Origin: the human T2T-CHM13v2.0 reference genome, Homo sapiens
Assembly: GCF_009914755.1 (NCBI RefSeq)
Contig: NC_060936.1
Length of the DNA stretch: 64,000 nucleotides
Strand: one strand, 5' to 3'
Positions 54,720 to 64,000 of the stretch are shown in pieces. Position 1 is the stretch's first letter, and each line of letters starts with the position of its first letter. Made by a program: the position numbers and the translations under genes. The notes under the pieces are model-generated. The model was not told where the DNA came from and did no database searches. It saw nothing but the letters and a program-made list of their open reading frames with translations.

Positions 54720-54980
54720 AATGTTAATAGGGGCGCTTATTGTGGGCTTACTATGTGACAGATACTGTGCTAGAAAATTTACAATATGCTATCCAGTCTA
54801 ATTATTCCTTACAACCATTCTATGGGATGACTATTATTATTCCCACTTTCTGGTTGCGGACACTGAGACTGAAGGAGATTAAGGAAACCTGCCCAATGTC
54901 ACTTAGCTTTTAAGTAGCAGAGGCAGGATTCCAACCAAGGTCAGTCTGAGTCCAGAGCCATGTTCCTACCTCCTTGCAAA
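54720..54980 (-). mobile_element. MIR SINE
   Basis: cttactatgtgacagatactgtgcta; actattattattcccac; cctgcccaatgtcac; gcagaggcaggattcc. Confidence 0.85.
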
Positions 54981-56460
54981 TTCTCCTAGACAATACATTT
55001 GTCCTTGGGCCTTGTGGGGGAATTGTGGAACAGAAGAACAGGCATTAACACACAGAGAGAGACACACACAGACACACACACACAGACTCCAGAGTCTAGC
55101 TTTGCTTCCCATCAGACATGGGACTAGTGCTCATAGAGCTGACTGGGGATATCTCTACCTGCCTAGGACACCAAATCTCTGTAAAAGACAGCCCGCTTCC
55201 TGAAGCCTCGTCTAGTGGAGGGAGGTTCTGACATACTGTTTTGTTCAGGCTGGTCCTCCACCCCAAGAATGGAGCTCTGCTTCCTACCCTACCTACCTAA
55301 GGACTACTCTCCAAAGGAGTACAAGAACCCAAGCCAGTTCACTGCAAGGCAGGTTATGCTGGATGCCTTTTTGGGCAGGATGTAAGGCCTGTTTCCTACC
55401 TTATTTCCATTTTGTGTGGTGGTCTGATATAAGGCTTTGCTTGTGGGCAGTGTTGTAGCACTGGTTATAGCTGAAACTGCCCCATGAGGACAGGCTCCTT
55501 CATCAGTTAACCCACTTACCATAGAAGTTGGACCCTCCTTACCAAATTTGTCTCTAGTAAACGGTGTTATGAGGTTCTAGCCTAGATTTAATAAATTTAC
55601 ATCGTATGCTTCCCCACCCCCAACAAAGTTGGGAAAATTGAAAAAAAAAAATAGTCACTTTCACAGTATTATTTTGAGAACTGAAAAGTACGAAGTAATA
55701 CAAAATTAATAGAAATTTCAAAATGACAAGCATTTTGATATGTCCTTCTAAAATACTGATAAAGAGAATTCTTCTTTCTGAAAGCAACTGGGTTCTGAAG
55801 AGACAGGGTGTGTTGAAATTTCCTATGCTTTTAAATGGTTCTGGAATTCTACTTGATTGTTGGGGATTTGGGGTATCATTTGGAAAGCAAGATAACCCAA
55901 GAGCAAAAAACAGTCTTTTGGAATTATCCTAATATCTGCTGAATTCTCTTTAGCTTCGATGATAATGAAGGTGAACTGGGCAAAAAGAGTTTGCTTTGAA
56001 GTCTCCTTTAATAAAAGCCAAATCATTTTGTTTTAGAGAGACGTTGGAAGGATAGGTATTCTGTTAGCTAAATTTCCTCTATTGAGTTTCCCTTTAAGAA
56101 ATAATCTAGAAGATCTTAAGATCATCTGATTATTTGCTGAAATCAAATTATGATAACTGGGGAACCCCTTAGATATGACTTTCTACCTGTTTGGTACCAG
56201 ACAGTGGGTTGCTCGGCGAGGACAGCATACTTACAGATTGCAGTTCATGATTGCATTGTTCTAAATCATGGATGATGCTACAGATGATAGTCTGTCTACT
56301 GCAATTCGGCCTGGGGTTAATTGATATTGAGAGAGGATGTTTTAGCCTCAAATTCTGCTCAGTTCCTGTATTTGGCATGAAACTTTCACTTTCTCTGGAA
56401 AACAGTCCTTAACTTAGAAGGAATTGTTGATCTAGAGCTGAAGACAAGGCAGTTTAAAAG

Positions 56461-57427
56461 CTTCATCCATGTCCCTACAAAGGACATGAACTCATCCTTT
56501 TTTATGGCTGCATAGTATTCCATGGTGTATATGTGCCACATTTTCTTAATCCAGTCTATCATTGTTGGACATTTGGGTTGGTTCCAAGTCTTTGCTATTG
56601 TGAATAGTGCCACAGTAAACATACGTGTGCATGTGCCTTTATAGCAGCATGCTTTATAATCCTTTGGTTATATACCCAGTAATGGGATGGCTGGGTCAAA
56701 TGGTATTTCTAGTTCTAGATCCTTGAGGAATCGCCACACTGTCTTCCACAATGGTTGAACTAGTTTACAGTCCCACCAACAGTGTAAAAGTGTAAAAGTG
56801 TTCCTATTTCTCCACATCCTCTCCAGCATCTGCTGTTTCCTGACTTTTTAATGATTGCCATTCTAACTGGTGTGAGATGGTATCTCATTGCAGTTTTGAT
56901 TTGCATTTCTCTGATGGCCAGTGATGATGAGCATTTTTTCATGTGTCTGCTGGCTGCATAAATGTCTTCTTTTGAGAAGTGTCTGTTCATATCCTTTGCC
57001 CACTTGTTGATGGGGTTGTTTGTTTTTTTCTTGTAAATTTGATTGTGTTCTTTGTAGATTATGGATATTAGCCCTTTGTCAGATGAGTAGATTGCAAAAA
57101 TTTTCTCCTATTCTGTAGGTTGCCTGGATGAAGCTGGAAACCATCATTCTCAGCAAACTATTGCAAGAACAAAAAAACCAAACACTGCATGTTTTCACTC
57201 ATAGGTGGGAATTGGACAATGAGAACACTTGGACACAGGAAGGGGAACATCACACACTGGGGCCTGTTGTGGGGTGGGGGAAGGGTGGAAGGAAAGCATT
57301 AGGAGATATACCTAATGTAAATTACAAGTTAATGGGTGCAGCACACCAACATGGGACATGTATACATATATAACAAACCTGCACGTTGTGCACATGTACC
57401 CTAGAACTTAAAGTATAAAAAAAAAAA
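56461..57427 (+). mobile_element. 5'-truncated, 5'-inverted L1PA (L1PA4/5-like). 56461-57125 antisense; 57126-57427 sense to poly-A
   Basis: Antisense ORF2 C-terminus ([24 protein letters not shown]) joined at tgcctg|gatgaagctggaaacc to a sense 3'UTR ending gtaccctagaacttaaagtat(A)n. Target TTT/AAAAG. Confidence 0.93.
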
Positions 57428-57721
57428 GTTCAACAAAACCCTAACTGGGAGAAAAAGGGGAATTTGTGTGCCTGGTTAGGATATGGATTGGCGCTTCTTA
57501 TCACCCACCTAAAAGTACATGAAGGAGAGGAAATGAGTCACAGGAATCATCGAATCAAGTAAACTTTATCTGTAATTTCCCAATTAATCCCAAAGATGGA
57601 TTATTTTCAGAACAAAGTCTTCCTTTTAAAATGCGAAACAAAAAAAGGATGAGACTTAGAATAAAAGATGAAATAGTATAGACCAATGAAAGTAGGGCAA
57701 AGCACATCTCTTCATCTCTAG

Positions 57722-57902
57722 CAGTGGTTCTCAACCTTTTATATGTGCCAGAATTATCTAGGGAACTTCTTGAGTATGCAGATTCCTGGCCCTATCCTAT
57801 GATTTAATAGGTTTGAGGGGGATTCAGGAATTTACATTTTTGTCAGAGACACCCAACTATTCTGATCCAGGTGATCCACGGGCCATGTTTTGAAAGGCAC
57901 TG
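57722..57902. mobile_element. MER5-like hAT-Charlie MITE
   Basis: CAGTGGTTCTCAACC...agaattatctaggga..atgcagattcctggccc..TTTGAAAGGCACTG. Confidence 0.85.
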
Positions 57903-58557
57903 AGCTATACTAGTACAGATTAACATCTGTAGATGCTGGTGTAACTGGTTGGATTTCCTCAGGGAGTGAAACTTGATAAAGGGTTGGGCAGACAAGCCTG
58001 AACAGAGAATCTCTGGAACTCATCTTTGGTCTGGGGCTTGCACATTGTCTCATTCCTTCTGGATTGTATAAACTACATTCAGGAAAAGGTGGGAGCAAAA
58101 ACACTCTATACACACACATGTGCACACACACACACACACACCCCTCTGATTTCTGTATTCCTGAATATCTTAGGCAAATACATGCTGGGATGCATATCTT
58201 ATCATTAGCAAAAGCTTTCTCTAGTTATGTCAGTGAATAAACCCTAGTACCTTATTACCTATTACTTTCTCCGCATTTGGACCTTGCAGAACTCTCCAAA
58301 TTCCAACCAGCATGGACAAGGATCTTCTCAGCTGAGCCTTACACTGCTGCAAGATTGGGAGGATCTGCTGGTCTTTTTTCCCTTTCCCTAAAACTGCCTC
58401 TACCTTGGCTAGACTCTCCTATCCAGACCTATCCAGGTAGACTCTCTATATGAGTTCTGACCTGGTCCTTGATCCCATTTTGTCTGAGATAAGCAGGATA
58501 CAAGCATACTTAGATTCCTCCTCCATACCAGCAGGATTTAATAATATTTAATTTACC

Positions 58558-59213
58558 TTCCATTCATTCAACAACATTTTTGTGCCTACTCAATATTTGA
58601 GTGTCTACTATGTGCCAGGAACTGTTCCAGGAACTTGGGATATATCAGTGAACAAAACAGAAGGATCCCCCATCCCCTTGTAGAGCTTATATTTCAGCAG
58701 ACGATATAGACAACAAACAATATTTATAATTAAGGTGGTAAGTTCTCTGAGAAAATGACAAAATGGAGTTAAGGATGTGTGTGTGCATGTGTGTGTGTGT
58801 GTGTGTGTGTCTATGTATACGTAAGTTGCATTATTACACAGAATGGTCAGGGTAAGTCTTATTGAGAAAATGAGAACTGTGTAAGGATTAAAAGGATGAG
58901 AGGAAGGTAGCCAGATGATATTTGCGGAAAGAGCATTCTATTCTATGCTGGGTGAGGTGACTCATACCTTTAATCCCAGCACTTTGGGAGGCTGATGCGG
59001 GGGGATCACTTCAGCCCAGGAGTTAGAGACCAGCCTGGGCAACACAGCAAGGCCTGTCTCTACAAAAATTTTAAAAACTGCTGGGTATGGCGGTGCATGC
59101 CTGTAGTCCCAGCTATTTGGGAGGCCCAGTTGACTGAGGCTGCAGTCATCTGTGATCACGCCACTGCATTCCAGCCTGGGTGACAGAGCAAGACTCTGTC
59201 TCAAAACACACAG

Positions 59214-59254
<41 letters not shown>

Positions 59255-60660
59255 CTTACACCCCCAAAAACATTCTACCCAGAGGGATAAGTTACAAGAA
59301 AGTCTCTATGGCAAAGATATGCCTGGCATATTCAAAGAACAGCCAAGAAGCCAGTGTAACTGGATCCAATTGAGCAAGAAGGATAACAGGAGACAAAATA
59401 AGGGGTACTGGTGGGGAAAGTCAAGAATAACTACAACTTTTTTTCTGAGCTGCTAGAAGATTGGAGTTGACATTAGCTGAGATAGGGAGGGCTATGGATG
59501 GAGCTGGTTTAGGGAACAGGGAAATCAAGAGGCTTGTTTTGGAAATATCAGACATTCACAAGAAGATTTGAGTAGGCACTTGGGCATATGAGCTTGGAGT
59601 TCAACAGATTCATAAAAATGGCAATCATTAGCATATAGAATTTATTAAAGGACATGGGAATGCTTGAGGTTATCAAAATGTAGATGAAAAAGGGGTCCAA
59701 GTCTGAGCCTTGGGGCACCACAACATTAAGAGGATAAATTAAGCGAAGCAAACAGCAAAAGAAAGTGAGAAGAAGCAACCCAAGAGGTATGACGAAAACC
59801 AATAATGTGGTATGTTTGGAGAGTATTATGGAAGAGGGAGAGCATCAAAAGCTGCTGATATGTCAAGGCCCAAGGTTTGAGCATTATAATTAATAACATG
59901 GAATGGGTTCAAATGAAATGCAAGGAAAGCAGCTGAAAACAGTAAATATAGATAACTCTTTCTAGGAATCTTGCTGCCAATGGAAAGGAAGAGAAATGGG
60001 ACAGTAGGGAATAAGTGAGGTGTTGTTATTGTTGTTGTTTAAATGAGAGAAATATAAATGCTAATATGACTGATGACAATGATTGGAGAGAGAGAGAAGA
60101 GAGAGAGAAAATGTTGATGCTGTGGAGAGACAAAGGAAAATTGCTAGAGCAATGTCCTTGATTTGATAAGAGGGGTTGGAGTCCAGTCCACAAGTGTGGA
60201 GACTAGCTTTATATAGAGTAGAAATAGATCATCTGTGGTACCAGAGAGAAAAGCTGAGTATGTGGGAGATGAGGCTGCTTGTTAGGTACATGAGATGGTG
60301 CGAGTTGGGGGAGGTTGTCTTCTGATTGCTTCAATTTTCTCAGGAAAGTAGGAAATAAAATCACCTGTTGAGAGTGAAGATGGGATGAAATTTTGGGTTT
60401 AAGAAGAGAGAAGAAGGTGTGAAATAGAGAGGAGGGGAATGAATGAACTTGAAATATGTGGTATCATTACCTGTAGCTATTAGGGGCACAGTGATAGTTC
60501 CTGGTCATAAATTTTCACTACAACTCATTAGGAGGTTGTAGTTTTTCTCCAGCCATATTTAGATGCACAGGAGCAGCCACTGAGTAGCTGAAAATTGGAT
60601 TTAACCCAAGGAGGAAAGAAAAGACACTTTCAAGAGGAGTTAAAATTGAAGAGAATCTAA
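58558..60660 (-). mobile_element. Long L2 remnant, interrupted by a TG repeat and an AluJ; appears to resume at ~63525-63810
   Basis: cattcattcaacaac..gagtgtctactatgtgccagg 3' end; caaagaacagccaagaagccagtg; purine-rich antisense ORF2 character. Confidence 0.75.
58947..59270 (+). mobile_element. AluJ with internal deletion and (CA)n tail
   Basis: ggatcacttcagcccaggagttagagaccagcctgggcaac; tail converted to (CA)n; TSD-like cattcta on both sides. Confidence 0.88.
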
Positions 60661-60679
60661 TGAAGGGACAATTCTTGAA

Positions 60680-61100
60680 GATAAGGGCTGTGATATGGGG
60701 AGCCCACAGGATGATGAAACACTCCAGGGTTAGCAACAGCAGGGAGACATTACCACCCCAAGGCTAAAAGGGCAAGAGTAGTTATCAGAAGAACCCTGTG
60801 ACAAGTGCAGCTGTAGGAGAAAGGTCCCTCATTCCGATCTGTGGCCTTAAAGAAACTCAGCCATTGCCAAACTTCAGCCTGACAGTGAAGAGCAGAAGAT
60901 CAATACCCCTACCACTCTTTCTCCTGCCTTCCATGCTCCGTGGTCCCTCTCATTGGCTGAACCTAACTAATAGCTAAAGGAGGGAGAATCTTGTTAAGAC
61001 ATCTATAAAAGGCAGCCTCCTAGGGCACAGAGCAAAGAAGGATAGAGCGAGAATCTAGAGGAGTGAACAGAGAAGAACATCCAGTCTGACAAGAGTTATG
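60680..61100 (-). mobile_element. Old MaLR LTR fragment (MLT1J/K-like)
   Basis: ctcattggctgaacctaac..agctaaaggagggaga..ggcagcctcctagggcacagagca. Confidence 0.45.
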
Positions 61101-61174
61101 CTTTTGCCAAATGAGTACAATGAAGTGAAAGAGTGGCAAGGGAATTATATGCAAGTATGCAAGAGAGTGATTTA

Positions 61175-63521
61175 GAGGCATACCTTGGGGGTACTGTGGG
61201 TTCAGTTCCAGACCACCACAATAAAGCAAATATCACGGTAAGTGAGTCATATGAATTTTTTGTTTTTCAGTGCATGTAAAAGCTTACACTATACTGTAGT
61301 ATAGGAAGTGTGTGATGTCATTATGTCTTAAAAAATGTGCATACCTTAATTGAAAAATACTTTATTGGTAAAAAAAAATGCTAGCAATCATCTGAGCTAG
61401 TTGTAGTCTTTTTGCTGGTAGAAGATTTTGCCTCAACGTTGATGGCTGCTGACTGATTAGCGTGGTCATTGATGAAGATCAGGGTGGCTGTGGCAATGTG
61501 TTAAAATAAGACAAAAATAAAGCTTGCCTCACTGATTGACTCTTCCTTTCAGAAAAAAATTTTCTGTAGCATGTGATGGTGTTGGATAACATTTTCCCCA
61601 CCGTAGAACTTTCAAAATTAGAGTCAATACTCTCAAACCCTGCCACTGCTTTATCAATTAAGTTCATGAAATACTCTAAATTCTTTGTCTTCATTTCAAC
61701 TATGTTCAGGGCACCTTCACCAGTAATAGTTTCTATTTCAAGAAACCACTTTCCTTGCACATCCATATGAAGTACCTGCTCATCTGTTCAAGTTTTATCA
61801 TGAGGTTGCAGCAATTCAGTCACATCTTCAGGCTCCACTTCTCTTATTTTTCTGCCACATCTGCAGTTACTTCCTCCAATGAAGGCTTAAACCCCCCAAA
61901 GCCATCCATGAAGGTTGTAATCAACTTCTTCCAAACTCCTGCTAATGTTACTATTTTAACTTCCTCCCATGAATCACAAATGTTATAAGTGACATCTAGA
62001 ATGGTGCATCCTTTCCAGAAGTTTTCAATTTACTTTGCCCATATGTATCCATAGAAGCTATAATTTTATGAAATATATTTCTGAAATCAGAAGACTTGAA
62101 AGTCAAAATGACTTCTTGATCCATGGGCTGCAGAATGGATGGTGTGTTAGCAACAAGAAAACAACATTTATCTCCTGGTACATCTCCCTCAGAGCTCTTG
62201 AGTAACCAGGTGCTTTGGCAATAAGCAGTACTATTTTGAAAGGAATCTTCATTTGAACAGTAGGTCTCAGCAGTGGGCTTAAAAATATTCAGTAAACCAA
62301 GCTGTAAACAAAAGTGCTGTCATCCAGGCTTTGTTGTTCCATTTATAGAACATAGGCAGAGGAGATTTAGCATAATTCTTAAGGGCCCTCAGATTTTCAG
62401 AATGGTCAATGAACATTGGCTTCAACTTAAAGTCACCAGCTGCGTTAGCCTCTAACAAGAGAGTTGGCCTGTCCTTTGCAGCTTTGAAGTCAGGCATTGA
62501 CTTCTCCTCTCTAGCTATGAAAGTCTCAGATGGCATCTTCTTCCAATAGAAGGCTGTTTGGTCAACACTGAAAATATGTTTTTAGCATAGACTCTTTCAT
62601 CAATGATCTTAACTAGATCTTCTGGATAACTTGCTGCAGCTTCTCCATCAGCACTTGCTGTTTCACCTTGCTCTTTTATTGTAGGTAGATGACTTTTTCC
62701 CTTAAACCTCATGAACCAACCTCTGATACCTTCAGACTTTTCTTCTACGTCTTCCTCACCTATCTCAGCCTTCATAGAATTGAAGAGAGTTGGGGCCTTT
62801 CTCTGGATTAGGCTTTGGTTTAAGAGAATGTGATGACTGGTTTGATCTATCCAGACCACTAAAACTGTCTCTCTATCAGCAATGAGGCTGTTTCACTTAT
62901 CATTTGTGTGTTCACTGGAGTAGCACTTTAAATTTCCTTCAAGAACTATTCCTTTGCATTCACAACTTGGTTAACTGTTTGGTGCAAGAAGCCTAGCTTT
63001 CAGCCTATCTTGGCTGTCAACATGCCTTCCTCACTAAGCTTAATCGATTCTAACTGGGTTGAAGGGAGAGACACACAACTCTTCCTTTCAATTGAACACT
63101 TAGAGGTTGGGTTACTAATTGGCCTAATTTCAGTATTGTTGGGTCTCAGGGAAGAGGGAAGCCTGAGGGGAGGGAGGGAAATGGGAACAGCTAGTTGGTA
63201 AAACAGTCAAAACACACACATTAATCAATTAAGTACACTGTCTCATAAGGGTGCAGTTTGTGGTGTCCCAAAACAATTACAATAGTAACATTAAAGATCA
63301 GTAACAAGAGGTCATGGTAACAGATGTAATAATATTGGAAAAGTATGAAATAGTACAAGAATTACCAAAATGTGACACAGATACTAAGTGAACACATGCT
63401 GTTGAAAAAATGGTGCTGATAGCCTTGCTCAAGGCAGAGTTGCCACAAATCTTCAATATGTAAAAAATGCACTATCTGCTAAGTGCAATGAAAGGAAGTA
63501 TAATAAAATAAGATACTCTTG
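61175..63521 (-). mobile_element. Tigger1 DNA transposon, near full length (~2.35 kb), transposase pseudogenised
   Basis: Termini TA|GAGGCATACCT and TAATAAAATAAGATACTCTTG|TG. Pogo-type transposase peptides [53 protein letters not shown] and GWFMRFKGKSHL..QGETASAD, split over several frames. Confidence 0.93.
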
Positions 63522-64000
63522 TGTAATAATTGTGGAATTTAAGCTGGATAAAGAAGTAAAAAGGACGTAAAAGGCATAAGGGGCAGTGAGAATGCAGAGA
63601 ACTTGTCATCTGGTGAAAATGAATGAGAGCTGGCATTCAGGTAACAGAAAGAGTAAGCTATACAGACAGGAAGTGGTGGTCAGAAAGTGGGATATATGGA
63701 ACTGAGATTATGGAGGAGTTGCAATTGTTGGTGATGCCAAGGTCTAGATATTATGATGCAAGTGAGTGACTAGCATGGAGGACAAAGTCACTGAAGGAGG
63801 GGAGGTCAAGGAACCAAGAGGCCAGACCCAGGATCTGATGGCATACTGGCAGCCTTTGTGCCCAGGAGTTACTCCCAGACCACCTTGTTATCAGATCCTG
63901 CTGTTGCTGTACCTGTTTGCTGCCTCAGCTGGTGGCACTGGCTTTTGCCTCAGCCTTGGTTTCTAAGTTCCAGTCAGTACCTTGTTGAGTACTCTTGTCC

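Noticed and set aside
56233-56309. Possible minus-strand exon with a gtaagt donor
   Set aside because: Poor acceptor tract and unrecognised peptide; such motifs arise by chance.

Overview
Primate (human-like) nuclear DNA, AT-rich and dominated by repeats. It is intergenic or deep intronic. I find no protein-coding exon, RNA gene, CpG island or CRISPR array that I can support. The longer ORFs in the track are decayed L1 ORF1/ORF2, Tigger1 transposase, Alu or microsatellite read-throughs. Main contents: (1) a full-length but dead ~8.1 kb L1PB-class element with a 13-bp TSD (2740-10870); (2) an internally deleted antisense L1MA2-like element (~31850-36850); (3) a 5'-inverted (twin-primed) L1PA (56461-57427); (4) a near-complete Tigger1 fossil (61175-63521); (5) many solo LTRs, Alus, MIR/L2 pieces and DNA-transposon MITEs. 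Subfamily names come from my recall of consensus sequences and need RepeatMasker/Dfam confirmation. I see no evidence of a new gene system. The signals that repeat labels do not explain are local copying events: an 82-bp inverted duplicate 3.9 kb from its partner (40054-40135 / 43965-44046), a 30-bp direct duplicate (38478-38507 / 40302-40331), a fold-back AT-rich insertion in L1 ORF2 (6701-7060), and a perfect 30-bp hairpin-unit minisatellite (49332-49550). There is also a CTCF-like motif beside a G4/triplex-prone purine tract (18800-19022).
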